A DNA stretch of 64,000 nt. It comes from Octopus vulgaris (lineage: Eukaryota). The stretch is taken from contig OX597814.1 of the NCBI GenBank assembly GCA_951406725.2, forward strand, positions 43,524,001 through 43,588,000, given 5' to 3'. How positions within the stretch are numbered: the first letter of the stretch is position 1; each line of letters begins with the position of its first letter. The notes beneath the pieces were generated by a model. The model saw only the letters and a list, made by a program, of their open reading frames with translations, searched no databases and was not told the origin of the DNA. A program made the position numbers and the translations under genes. Below are positions 26,019 to 40,929 of the stretch, piece after piece.

Positions 26019-26787
26019 AAGAGGAGGCTGGGGAAAGGCTTGAATAAGTTGGTGTCTAACTCAATAGCCCAACACAGTGTCAACTGAATATACTGAAGTA
26101 CATGATTGCTATAAGTATCCATTATATTATAACCATTTAGTTAGTATATAAGAGACTGTATATATCATACATTCACACACAAACACACAAACTTACACAC
26201 ATACATACTTACAAACAAGCTCACACAAACACATATACAAACACATACACACACACACACATATATGTATGTATGCATGTAAGTCTGTATGAAAACACGT
26301 TTTTCTTTCCTAGGGATATATTATCTAAGCGTACACCAGTTTAGCACTATATCGATTAACGATATTGGAAAATTCAGATGTGCATATGTACTAGTGTTTA
26401 TCCTAGGTTCTTCTTCAATATTAGCATCTTACACTTCTGAAATTCCACTTGTCGCTATAGAGATTTCCTTCGTTTTCGATGTAGGAGAAAAAGTCTAATA
26501 ATACAAAGAAGGCAGAGAATACATACATAGAATAATCAATCTATTTATTATCATAATCCAGTCGAATTAATGCGTTCATTCAGATTGACTACACTGAGTT
26601 TCGGTTGATTGCTTTTATCCATATTTACACATTTAAATGAAAAATTGCTACAACAAAAACAACCTCAGGGAAAATTAACAGATACTTTTCACACCCTAAC
26701 GGATGGAGAGTTTCTTCCGATTGACACGTAGCATGTAGTGTTTGTCGTTTGCTCTAAAATAGCCTCAATAAGCGTTCCAACAGTAAA

Positions 26788-29640
26788 ATGAATAGGATAG
26801 ACATATCAATGGACGATATTCCAGTACAATCTAAAAAGGAATATATGAAGGATTTAATTGAAAAACAACAGCATTTATTCACAGACTTAGATGGAGAATG
26901 TATTTCTATGATAAGGACAAGGAAGCACCAACGGATACTGATATTGAGGAAACATCACCAATCCAGAACACTTTCAAGACAAGGAAATACCACCAAATAG
27001 TCATTTAACAGCTTTTGGGGATACATTATTGACCATCGTTAAGAACGTTATTTTTTTTTATTCCCTAAAGAGAACTGAACATGTAAAGTGATTGAAGTCT
27101 ATTACCAAGGTCTTTAAGAGAGAAGACAGAATTCTTTGTTCATGCAGGTAAGACAGGTACATTTTATAATCTTTATCCCAACTTCGAAGCGAAATAACAA
27201 AAGAACTATAAGAAATAGTAGGGCATTAAACATGATAAGCAAAATGGCTAAATAAATAATGGCTACTTTTTAAATAGACGACCAAATAGAATCATTCGAA
27301 TCTGGAAGACCTAGAATAAGCTTTAAAATCCATAAGCCTAATTTTAGCAGTAACGCTACAATTAGATTAATATTCCCAGGTAAGTCCGACCTAGGAAAAG
27401 CAAAGCGATAATTGATAAATATATACCAACACTTAGAAACTTATTAAAATTAAAACTATGGTCTAACTCACATGAACTCATATTAAATTAAATAAAATAG
27501 AAAACAAAAAGGTAAAAAAAAGTCCAAATAGATATTGATTGCTACTAATCATTGATTAACTTTATACCACCTAAATAAGGCCCTCTTCTTTGCTAAAACG
27601 AATTCAAATCGTAATATAAACGGCATCAACGTAATAGAAGCAGCTAGGGAATCTATTATACAATTCGATAATAAACACTGGGTAAGGAATGACACTAATG
27701 ATAGCTTCGACATAGCAATTTGATCTGTTTCCTTAGCACAAGTTACACAATTGGTGGGAATATATATATTATTTAACTTAGGTACGGAATTGCCGTAACT
27801 CAAATGAGGTCTATATAAAGATGACGCGGTTTTTAACCTGGATAGCCTCTCTAATAGGAAGTTAGAAATGTATAAAGAGAGATTATATAAACGTTTCAAG
27901 AGTATAGGTCTATCTATCACTATCGAGTAGAAACTTAACTCCGTCCACCTATTGGACGTTAACCTAGATCTACAAACAAGTAAATATAAGTCCAATAACC
28001 TAAGATACATTAACAAAAGCAAATCCATCCAAGAATTAGTCCAGAAAAGGTAGTTCATAAAAGAATATCTAATCTCTCGGCAAATAACGAAATTGTTAAG
28101 CAGAATGTAAACTATAATAATATCACACTAAGTAAAGTTGGATACAATCAACAATTAAAGTTCAGCAGACCAAGCGTAAAATCCAAAAAATGGAATAATT
28201 AAGATTCACAATAATGATACTAATATAGAAATTAATAAAGATAAAGAGAAAAAGAATGTAGATAGAATAGATCATAAATCTGGTAAGAATAGTATAACCA
28301 AAAACATCAAGAAACAGAATACGGAAAAAAATCAAACACTTATAACAAAGATGGAAACATCAAGAAACGGATAAAAGTCAAAGATAATAAGATGAAGTCT
28401 TATTAAACATTACAAAAATGATAATTATGACCACATAAATACAGGCCAAAATAGGACAATAAACAAAAGAAGGGAAATAATTGAAAGGCTATACGATAAT
28501 ATTGCTAACAATTTTGTAAAAAATTACACCCTATGCATAAATATCATTAACTTCCACTAAAATCATTCGATAAATAATATATGATTTATAATACTTTTCG
28601 CAAAGCAAATTAGGAACAATATAGTAAAATTATTCTACAATGCGGTCTCTAAGCATTTTAAGGGGAAAATAAATAACATAAAGTCATAAAATTGTGCGGA
28701 TTAAGGGCCCTACAAAAATACAGCACAAATTATTGCTACACAAAATACTTATAGATTCTACAATAATAGGAGTAAAGAAAAGAAAATTTAATTATTAAAT
28801 GACAAAAATAGTGAGGAATTCAAAGATAATATGAGGTACCCGCCAAACGATGTAACTCTTAGTGACACCCCGCTAGAATCTAAACATATAAATTTATACG
28901 CTATAAAGGAAGAAGCAATGAGCATAATATAAACAACTAAAAGGATAACATAAATACAAATATTGACAATATAAATATAAATATTAATACTCGTACTTAT
29001 AATAGCGACAAACATATAAAAGAGAAAACAATAAAGGTATTAAGATAGGTAAAGAAGACAATGATAAAGTGGACAGTAACAAAAATATTAAACGATCGAA
29101 AGTAAATAATCTTAGATTAAAGGTAATGCCTCTTAACATAGAAAGTAAATATAATGAGGATAAATCTGATAGCATAGAATACAAGCGCAGCATTTGAAGT
29201 AAGGAAAGAGGGAACGCTTCTAAAAATAAAACTTGCGATTGCGTGGAAGGAAAACAATGTCCATTAAATTATTTTTGAAGGTAACAAGGTTTAATATATT
29301 GGTGTACGGTAGTATCTAAGGGACGGAATTACGGCTATATGGGTTCTACGAAAAATTATATAAAAAGAAGTATAGCTAATCATGAAAATATATTTAGGGA
29401 TAAGAAAAAAAGAGGCTAGCACCAGTCAAAGTAAACTAGTTTGGGCGATTAGAGACATGAATAAGGACAATACTCGTAAGTGGGAAATAATTAGCCGAGC
29501 ACAATCTTATAGCGGTGGAATCAAATGGTGTTAACCTAGCGTCGAAGTAATTTACCACATTCTACAATCAGAACGCAAACTAATCAACAACAAGAGGGAA
29601 AGGGATCTGTTGTGTTCATAATGTTAAACATACATTCAAT
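26788..29640 (+). mobile_element. Penelope-like element remnant (RT and GIY-YIG endonuclease)
   Basis: N-terminal DIPVQSKKEYMKDLIEK; RT HKPNF..NATIRLIFPGKSDLGK, FDIAI, QLVGIYIL, GLYKDD, LLDVNLDL; endonuclease CDCVEGKQCPL, LIYWCTV, YMGSTK, NHENIFR, KWEIISRA. Confidence 0.9.
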
Positions 29641-30255
29641 AAATTTATATAGACATGATTAAATACGTACTATGTAAATAATACATAATAACTCAGAATA
29701 TTTCATAAAGATCAATATAATTTAAATAGATTTAGATAAACACCATGTATATAATACCTATGAATCGCGCATCTATACAGTCGAAATTCCGTCCCTTAGA
29801 TACTACCGTACACCAATATATTAAACACTGTTCCGTTCAAAAAGAATTTAATGGACGTTGTTTTCCTTCCACGCAATCGCAAGTTTTTTTGTGTATATGT
29901 ATACATTCACCTCCCCTTACCGAAAACTGAACAGGTATCTCCCTTGACTACAACAATAACAATAATAACGGTAACCATTTACCTCCCCTTATTTTTCTTC
30001 TTGTGAAGTCATTCACTGGAAAATATCACCACACACATCATAAACAAATAATTCTTAAGAAAATACATGTTCAAATAAGTAAACCTTAATATCACGAATA
30101 GCCAAAGCCAAACAGGTCGATATATTAAAAATTAAATTAAAACTATGTAAACTGTATATTTAAATTTTTTTAATTTCTTATATACATTACAACTCACCAC
30201 GTTGGGATAATTGAAATTCCTCCTTTTCTGTTACTATACACACACACACACACAT

Positions 30256-30328
<73 letters not shown>

Positions 30329-32654
30329 AAGAGGTGGGTATGGTGTGTGACAGAGTTAAAGAGAAGAAAGCGAGTTAGGTATACGTATCACATGATCAGA
30401 CTGCAATATTTATTCAGATGTTAGTATTTCTGAGGTGCAGGGACTGATATACTTTTGCAATAGAATGAGGAAGAAGTTTGTAATCTGTGAGTTAAATTTT
30501 GCAGCGTCCTTTTTGAAAGTATCGCTAAAATGACTGGCCTTGACTGCGGTTAATTTGCATTTACATAGTGCTCTAGTATTGTTTAAATGAATATTTCTTG
30601 AGAACCTAAAATTAAAAAAAAATTAAGTGTATTCCAACAGAGAAAGCGACGAAAATCTCGAGGCAGATTTAGTTATGTAATATGTGCTGTAGGTGTGATT
30701 ATGTAATATGCGTACTAAGTTTACTTATGTAGTATGTGTATGACAGTCCAAGACGGGTCATTTGAATTATCGAAGATTCTTATTTGCATGGCTTTTGATC
30801 TCTTGATATGTAATTGTATTGAAAATGTACATCTTTTTAAAGACCCTCCTCTTCAAATGCATAGCCGTTTTGGTTTATAATGATTGGGCGGACTAGATTG
30901 CCGTATTTCAAATTAAAACTCATTTTCGTTTCCAAATTTAAATCAGCAATAACCAAAAAATTATTATAACCTTTTTCCCTGATATGATATGTATATGTAA
31001 GCAGCCAACTGCCGAAAACCGCAATGCGTCTTATGCGTACATTTACCAATTAGTTAACAGTTGTACCAACAATGCACGCAAAATAAAGTGAATTGATGAT
31101 AAATATCAATCACGTTTTCGCTTGCAATGAAACGATGAAGTTCTAGTGGTTTGGAAGCGATTGATGGTTTTAGAAATAGTGAGGTTTCTTGGGAAATACG
31201 AATGCTTTTATTGAATCAATATTAGTATCGGTCAAATTTCCCTCTCTTTAGCAAATTACTTGCTATATATTCAAGCAACAAAAAAAGTATCAAAGGCAAC
31301 AATATTTAGGTGCTTTAGAAATTGATATATATTATTTTACGCTTATTCAGTAATACGATAAAGATATAGAGACCTTTCGAGACATATATATTTAACTCTT
31401 ACAATAATTGCAACTTTTATTCTTATATCAATCTATATCGTATACTCACTAATATTTGAACATAAGTATATGTATGTATGCATGTGCCGCTACCCCACAC
31501 CCCTACAAACATCGATATTTGTGTGTTTGTGTGTTTGCATACACACTTAAGACAGAAATACCTTGAAACCACACTCTCTCTATCTCTCTTTGTACACACA
31601 CACGAATACAAACACACTTAGTATACTCTTCTGTGGAAGTATAATTATTAAAAGAAGTACTCTATCAGGTGGGAAATAAATATTATTTAATAAACACAGA
31701 ATATATATCTTTATCAGCTAATAGTTTTATGCGATGAAAACGACTCACACAGTATTTTATAAGACGTCGGTTGCCGCCACGCAATCTTGAAGCTCTGTCC
31801 AAATGGGATCACAAGCTAAAACAGGACGATAGAATAAGAGCAAATTCGAGGAGAATAGCGTAGTGGTTAAAAACACCGGAAATCCAAGATAAAAAGAAAC
31901 AAATACGAGTGAAAATTAGAGTTATGTCCCCGTCAACCGTAAAGCCATAAGCATGAATGGGTAGAGTCCTAGAGTTTGAAGCACTATTGCTTAATACGGA
32001 AAGAGTGGTATTTTCCAACTCGCCAGAACGAATTTACCTATGTGTTGACATGTACTGAAAATTTCATTTCTGGAATTCAACAGTGCGGTGGATTTCATAG
32101 ATGTGTAAAGCATATATGATATTTCAGCTATAAATAGTTTACATTTGATCGTCTGTCATGTGATGTACAGTTGACAAATATTTTCCTCTTGAATGCATGT
32201 GGTGTGGCGTTAGATTTCAAGCCCCATGCGTAACTAGCCAACTTCGTAGCTTCACTGCGTCGAAATGGAGATATGTGGTTCGCATAGTCACTTTTGAAGT
32301 CGCCATCTCATATTGTGATGTAGGTCTTCTTTTTGGTAATATCATCCAACGTTGTGGTAACTTCTCCCTCATATATGACGGATTTAATCATGTACCTCTG
32401 GTCGATTGAACGGGTTGGTGTTGATTGTGTGTAATGATGCTCTTCATATTGGGGCCGCAACTATATTGTAATTTGATTGAGCGCTTTTGAATATTTTTCT
32501 GTACCTGCGATTTACGGGAAATTGTTTTACCAATGGAACATTAAGGAAAATAGGCCTATTTTTGTTTTTCGTATTATTACTAGGGGTGGGGTTGTAAATT
32601 AATCCATCATTAAAACCACTATTGGCTTAGTCATTGTTGTCGTAGGGAGCTTTC

Positions 32655-33080
32655 ACCTTTTTCCTGTTTCACTCTTTGGACTTTGGCCATGCTAGGGCAG
32701 AGCTTGAAAACGTTCAGGCGAGGATTTGTTTTCGCTCTAGCACCTATTCTCACTGGATCGTTTTCCCGAAATACTAATTTACTGGAACGTAAAGAAACCA
32801 ACAAGTGGGGAATGGGTACAGACGCAAAGACACACAGTCTCTCTCACTCCCTGTCTTTATCTCTCTTACACTCTCTCTTTCTTATCCTTTTTTCTTTCTT
32901 TCTTTCTCTCCCTCTCTCTCTCTCTCTTTGTTTCACTCTCTCTCCCATACACACACGCACACACGCACTCTCATATAGAAGCACACGTACACATAGGTAT
33001 ATACGATGGGCCTGTTTTAGTTTCTCTCTACCTAGTCTATCTACTTAACCTATCTACAGTGCTTTGTCTGGCATTTATCA
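32655..33080 (-). mobile_element. Degraded SINE (family of 17119-17544)
   Basis: Recognisable blocks tgtttcactctttggactttggccatgctagggca and atacgatgggcctgttttagtttc. Confidence 0.55.
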
Positions 33081-36000
33081 ATAGTTCTGTGATTGGAATT
33101 TGGTAGTTTCTGTCTATTTCATCTATCCACAATGCTTTGATTGGCATGGGCCTATAGTGGAAGGAAGAAACAAATATTACACAGGGAAAAGACAGACGGA
33201 AATCTATACACAAACGTATGCAGAAGGACTAGTTCTGACAGAGACGCATTGACTACTACGATTGTTAAACAAATATATAAAACGTGTTTAAAATATTATT
33301 TCGGAGACGGGGATTGGAATTGTCCTAATTTATGGAAAACCTTTTAGAGTAGTAAATATTTTTTTTAAATAAATAAATTAGCGACCTTTGCAATTGTTTA
33401 GCTTTGTTGGTGCTAAGCACTGATCAATCCGGAATGGTGCTTTCATTGTTTGCAGGATAGATTGTATTCTAGGCACCAATTGGATATTTGATGAAAAAGA
33501 CAGTTGTCACTGTTCAAAGACGGCAATATCACGGATTGAAATACATTCAACTAAATTCCTATCATGCTACTCATTAATTCTGCGAACAAAAATATTATGT
33601 GCACGATTGGCTAAAACTCGTTTGATGTTCATATCTGTAATTATACTACCCATAACAGTTTGAATAGCTTTATCGGAATATACGATACAGAATGGTAATC
33701 TTGTAAACTGGAATAAACAATAGCTAGTTTATTATGCATGGAGTCTCATAATTTTGAACCCCAAACTCTTGGAGTGTTACTTTTTGGTTACAGGTTTATG
33801 AAGTACTGATTCTGGGTAATAGAACACACGAGATATTTCAAATTATTGAATGGTTAGGCCTGCCGAAACTAGTGGGAATATTACTGTGAATAGTTACGAC
33901 AAGGAATCCATTGCCAAATTTTGTTACGACTGCTATTTGTGTGCATCATGTAGATACAAGGACTCAATAGTATCATCATTAATTCATATTGTTCTCTTCC
34001 TTAACAATCAAACCGAGTCGAGAAGAGCGACAATATAACTATTCCTAAATTATTTCACAAGTCAAAACATAACTTAAAATGTCACTGATTCGAGAACATG
34101 TCAATCGTCATGAAGGCCTTTCAAGGATTCTCGAAATTTCCCTATAAGGGATTCATGATGTTTATGGCAGACCTGTCCAAAAATTATAAGGTGACACAGT
34201 TTCAAGTAAACATTTCGATGAACTTTTTTTTCTCACACCTAAAACGGGTAAGTTTGGAATTTAGATAAATGGAGAAACTATGTAATTAGATTGTGCTGCC
34301 GATAATTTGATATCATTGTGTAACTGAGCGATTATTGCAATCATTCACATCTATGATACTCGAATTAAATAAAAGAATACGCTAGTAAGCATACATAAAA
34401 TATACCCTTTCTCAAGTGTATTTCCTTGATGTACTTTTGGTGCTTTTATGGCTATGGATGTCAATATTGGAGCTAGATCATAGATACGTCAATGATAAAC
34501 CGTTTTCAAGTGTTTGTATGATAAACCGATTTCAAGCATTAGTAATTCAGGTACGTTTTGTTTCTTTGATTGAACAGAGCGATAATGCGACAAGCGTCAA
34601 CTTAAATACATGCTTAATGTGGAGAGGGCTCTATTGATGTTACGGTTCTAGGTCGAGCACTGAGACAGAAGGAATGCAGTATGCATGAACATCATTTGAA
34701 CAGAAGCAGAAAGCTCAGTTATCTATTCTCAATGCTATGAACATTTTCCCCATTTTCATTAAAGTCAGTGTTAATCCCGGATAATACGGAATCCCAAATA
34801 TAAAAGCTTAGGAATGGAATGAAAGTCTTTGTGGCAGTAAATGGATTCTCCAAAATCTGTGTTCTGTTGTTTGATCAAAATACTATTGAAAGTGTATATC
34901 GCATGTTTGAGTGTTTATAATTTGAATATACTACAGAAATTTAATGGTGTGAGGTTTAAATAAAGAGAGCAGGTGTTTGTTGATTAGTCGTGTCTGGAAA
35001 GAAAAAAAGTTAGTAGTATATATAGGAAGTTATTTGCCATTCCTCCCGGAAGCATTTGTCATGCGTTTAAATTTGATCACCTTTGCGAAATCCAATTATT
35101 TTTGCATTTTATCGTTTCGACGGTATAAATTGTTTCGAGGAAAAAACATTTTCTGGGAATCAAATATTTGTATTACGACAAAAAGTTTTTACGTATACTA
35201 TTGGCAGCACAAGTTTAAACATGTGTTTTCATGGAAATTACTTACTCCAACCTTCATTTGTATCACAATTCAAATGGCATGCAATTAGCAGTGGTACCTT
35301 TACAATAGTAAATATTAGCGGCGTCACTAATAATCCCTGTTTTGGTCATATTTTAGAAGAGCATGAACAAACATAGAGAACTATGTCCTGTTTTCTACTC
35401 TACTGTACACCTTTACTGGCTACAGCACACATACTACACAACCCACATTTAATCACTATGCAAACATCAAACTTTGCACCTGTTACGTAACTTACGAATT
35501 ATGGTATACAGATATGATAAAATGTTTAGTATAGCAGAAACTAATGATTGGTACGAGTTTTAAAGAAATGGATAGTAATGCATCTCACAGCGTAATTAAT
35601 ATCCCACAATCTCGATTGACAAAGTGTGAGATCAGAATATTACCCCGATATTGTCTAAGCAACCCTGTATTTATATACTAAGCACGGTTGTAAGTAAACA
35701 TTTTGTACTTATCACTGTTATATATTCAAAGTTGTGTGTAGATAAACAAAACGACCCATGTACCTATCGACTTTCTATCTGGCATTTGACGTAGTGAGCA
35801 AACCGAGCAAATGTTTCCATCTAAATTGAAAAACATGATCTTTAGTTCCGGTCATTGATAATTATAAATAAAAAAAAATACTTCTTCATTAAGCAGTAAA
35901 GATTTCAGTGCGATGAAATTGAAAATTTTAGTTAACTTTTCTGTTCAACTTGAATATATGTTTTTTTGTTTATGACGAGGACGAAATAAAAAGCACAATG

Positions 36001-36639
36001 TTCATGAATTTGAGGTTACAGATGCTGGTTAGCAGGGTTGTTGTTGCATTACTCTATTGAGTTATTCTCGGAGTGTAGGTCTGTTGGAATGCTTGCAACA
36101 GAATAGACGTCTCTCAATTCCCTCTTGATTCTAATTCATCGTGTTAAACAAACCTCATCTGATAAGCTAGTTCACAGCCAATCCATTTTCATTCACATAG
36201 ATGACTACCTGATGCCTGCAATTGAAAGCATCGCTTCTTGGCATCCAATCTGGGATTTCGTGAATACAGTATGCATTTCTCAATAATGCGTTAAATAAGG
36301 TAAATGAGCTACTGCCGCAATCTAAGTAAATTGGAAAGGAAATTATATAGAATTAGAAATATTAACTGATATTTGTATACGATGATATAAGTTGCTATAA
36401 CAATGATCATAAAAATAATATCAATTTTCCATGTTTTGTATTAAACTGAGCGAATCAAAATGAAATTCTATGAGTGCAACGTAAAGAGGTGTTGTAGAGG
36501 TAACGGCTTGTTCGTCGTGAGACGAAATATATATACATATACAGCAAAATTTAGATTCAGATGAATATGGTACTTAAGTTAAATGGCACCAGAATTTGGT
36601 ATGGTATCATCCATATAAATCAAATGGGGTGATTATAAT

Positions 36640-36768
36640 CAAAATAAGCAACAAAGATATCCAAGGTAGTGTAGTACAATGGTGTCATGCCAATTCATTG
36701 TTTAATAAAATGAAGTAGCATGAAACGATTGTAATATACTACCTTGGATATCCTTGTTGCTTATCTTG
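36640..36768. repeat. Inverted repeat containing the 3' half of a hammerhead motif
   Basis: caaaataagcaacaaagatatccaaggtagtgtagtacaat pairs with attgtaatatactaccttggatatccttgttgcttatcttg; GAAACGATTGTA at 36722. Confidence 0.8.
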
Positions 36769-36774
36769 ACACAG

Positions 36775-36834
<60 letters not shown>

Positions 36835-37177
36835 TATCAAACTGAGGAAAAAAGAAATCCTTCAAAGGAGTGTGTTAAACATCAAATTCACGGGTACGTC
36901 AGTTGGATACCATATAAATATTGGTATAATTAAAATATAACGATAAATTAAAAAGAGAGATATACTATTCACATTTCAATAATATATTTATATTATAATA
37001 TGACATTAAATACTATGAATATATTATAATATAACATAATATCATATAACATATACAAATATAAAACCATAAAAAGGCCAACAAATATTTCGACTTATAT
37101 ATTGTTTCGCTGTCATATCTTTCTTAACATATTTGTTAGTAGTTTATGCATTGTTGTTGATTGTGATCATGTAGTTA

Positions 37178-37232
<55 letters not shown>

Positions 37233-37894
37233 ATAAAATAAATATAGAGATTTCCTCTGAGAAAATAATAAATGTAGATGATCATTATTAGTTGATTTAG
37301 ACAATCACTTTTTTAAATATAAATTGATTTCAATAAATAAAAGATGATTGCGTTCATGATGTAATTGTTTATATTTGTTTGTTGCAGTTATACATAAGAG
37401 AAGACTTAGATACTTAATTGTATACATTTATATAGACGCATATCTTATTGTTGTATGTTGTGGTGACAAGTGACTATCTTGGGCATGAAAGGATTTCAAT
37501 TGGTAAGTGTTTGAGATGTAAAGATGTGAATGTCGATGGTTGCGGATTGCTCTTACTTGATTGTAACATACATTAAACTGTTTTTGTTGTTTTTTTATGA
37601 TTGTAATTAGAGTATCACTGAGTAGTTGACGCTCACGCTCATAACATAAATATTTGAATTATTTTTTGCAATGCAGCTGTCGTTTCACGTGGAATTTCGT
37701 CTTTTTCTGAACAAAGACACTGAATTGACTTTATATATAATGGAACTGCGATTAAGTATCTCAGAAAAAAATATACACATGTCGAAAGAAATTGTTGGCC
37801 TTTTATGTTTTTTATAATTATTTATGTTATATAATATTGTTATGTTAAGTAATATTGTGATATAAATCAATCATTAGATTATCAATAGTATATC

Positions 37895-37940
<46 letters not shown>

Positions 37941-37945
37941 AACTA

Positions 37946-38101
<156 letters not shown>

Positions 38102-38742
38102 AAGTAAATACATCTACATGAAGACAATCAACAACAGCGCGTAAACTATTAACAAATATGATAAGATTGGTATAACACCGAAGAGCAACATACTATGCAC
38201 TGATTACTATGCTATCTTGTAAATTATATAGATTATTCGTAAACATGTACATATTAGTATACACATTTTAATCTAACAGACACATGAAACATACAGCTAC
38301 AGACACACCATATAAACGAATCTATCGTTAAACAATGCTAATGCTTTTACATACCTCTATTTCTACTTGAAATTTCACTACTGTCATACGTATATTCTAA
38401 GATATATGTTTATTTCCTGTCTGTAACATTAGTTTGAGATTTTAACTAAATTTATAAGGCCGCTTACTTCTATTTACTTCGCCATTATCATTTACTCAAA
38501 TTTTTTCACCCGCAGCTGTATTTCATTTCTTTGTTTTCATATTTATATGTTTGAGGCTTATATGTTCTTGGAAAGTTATTGACATTCGTAATTAATAATA
38601 TTTGAGTGCTTCACCAGATAGCAAAGTTTACGTACAGTTTTTTTTTTAAAGTTCTCCTGTAGAAATGAACGATACAAATGGAAATATACTTCCATCCACG
38701 CAGCAATGTATCTAGTATATATATATATATATATATATATGA

Positions 38743-38781
<39 letters not shown>

Positions 38782-39885
38782 TATATATGATATATGCAGA
38801 GAGATGTATAATATAAAAGTATATATATAAATATGTATGTATTTGTTTGTGTGTATGTGTGTGTGTGTGTGAGTGTGTGCCTGCGTGCGCATGTGTACAT
38901 GTGTTTGCATGATTTTAAAGACAAGACCTTTCATATTTGACCTATAGTGGTAGTTATTTTTATATTTCTTTTTCGAGTATTATCATTTCTATCCTCATTA
39001 GCGTTTCGAAGGTATGAAAGTGCCATCCCGAAAATGAACTCCTTATTGTATCGCATGTTTCAAAAACAGTCATCATATTAATAAATATTTTTCCCTCCAT
39101 TTTTGAACTATACATTTTAAAAAGTAGAAAGAAATATTCGTTACAAGCTATAATACAATACACGCAATATAACCTTATAAGAACACAATAGTTAATAACT
39201 TATTGAATAAGTATAGAATACCGCAAAGTGTTGATTATGTTTAATACTGTTTTCTAATTGAAAATTATATATTAAAAGCTAGACACAGAACACATTAAAT
39301 CGACTGTGATATCTACGTAACAGCTCAATACAATTTAAATACGTCTTTCAGTTTTTAGAACAGTTGTGACCTATGCAATTCAATGTTAAACAATTGAAAA
39401 TACTATTCTACAAACTTATTTTTTCTTCATGTTTGAAGCTGCTACAGATTTGAATCTTCGATGTACTAACGGATTTAAGAGCACTAATGTACCTAATAGG
39501 AGATGAAGGGTAAAATTAATAATCATGAAAAATAGCAAATAAAAACATTAAACTTTAAATTACTATTTCATAGAATACTATGCTTGGCGGGTCTGCACCT
39601 AATCTCGCACTCTCACATGCATAGATACAGCGAAACTTACACACGCTAAACAATCAGACGTTCACACACATATGTACACTGATATATATTTATGTATTTA
39701 TATGTGTGTGGGTCGGTGTGTGTGGAAGCTGATTGGGAACAACTTTTCAGTAAGTATTTTAACACAATTATATTCGAGGGGGAATCCTTTTTTCCAGAAC
39801 TCGCAATGTTTCAAATTTACTCACAGCGTATTGGGATCTTATATGTATACCATTCTGCCTAAATAATGGATCTACAAATGCAATA

Positions 39886-40097
39886 TCCCTGCATATCTCA
39901 CATCTATTTTTATTCCTCCACCTCACTCTCTATTTCATATCTTAGTTAGATTAACTATTGCTTAACTATTTTCTCACACCTTCTCCGATGAAGGGACGTA
40001 AAATTGTCCCGGTAACAGCTCTAAGACCTTCTAATTATAAATGTTCTAAAATCTTCACAGCCTTGTTTTTTTTTATCTCATTCTTAAAAAATTTATA
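39886..40097 (+). repeat. Family A copy with a degenerate HHR (39981-40027)
   Basis: ttct CCGATGA A GGGAC gtaaaatt GTCCC ggtaac agctct a agac; flanks match 47215-47530. Confidence 0.75.
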
Positions 40098-40863
40098 TAT
40101 ATATATATATATATATAATTATAACAAGGGATTAGCTATAACACTCTCCACACTCAAGAAAAATAGACGCCTAAAGACGTTATTACTACCTCAACAACTC
40201 CAAAATATAAAACACAGGCTGTAGTCGGGCAAAAGAAAGATAATGAACTAAACTTTAGTTAACCGTGTACAAGAACCTGTTTCAGGATTAAGGTAAAAAC
40301 ATGATACCTACTGCTCTAACCAGTAACGGTATTCTATAGCATATATTCACGAGTACCTACACATAGGTATAGGAGAAGCGACTTCGTACGGTAATATATA
40401 TACACTCTCGTAGAAATATACAGTAAAATAGAATGTTCATCTCTCCTTTCAACCACGTGTAGTATATTAAAACAAATTCTATAGTGAATGCAGTTTTGAT
40501 CAGTGGGTAAATTTTTCAAATATTAATTATAATAAGGGAAAAATCGTTAACGATTTTACCGAGGAGGGCAGCACGGAAATAAAATTCTTATAGCAATAGC
40601 GTCTTTAGGCGTGTATTTTCCTAGCTCACAGAGAGACTTGTAGCCATTCCATTGTTATAATTATGTGTATAATTATTAAAATATATGTAAAATTTACTTA
40701 TAAGGTTTTTATTTCCGTGCTGAGCTCTTGGTGAAATCATTAATGATTTTTACCCTTATTATTGTTAATTTATATATATAATTGTTAAAGAAGGCAACAA
40801 ACGTTAGCAAGACAATACTCTCAAGTGATATATACATTATTATTATTGGAAAAAATATGCAAA

Positions 40864-40920
40864 ATCTTAAAGCTGTTTCTGAAATATATCTGAGTATGGG
40901 ATAATCCGTCATCGGACACA
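40864..40920 (-). ncRNA. Degenerate hammerhead motif in a PLE 3' region
   Basis: Minus strand: gt CCGATGA cggattatccc...tttca GAAAC AGCTTT A agat. Confidence 0.5.
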
Positions 40921-40929
40921 AATAGGGAA

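Noticed and set aside
30740-31049. LKYGNLVRPIIINQ resembling an nAChR N-terminus
   Set aside because: No convincing downstream W.D..L.W or Cys-loop motif.
33790-34255. Splice-like sites (ttacag at about 33793, gtaagt at about 34248)
   Set aside because: The intervening frames contain stops and no recognisable protein.
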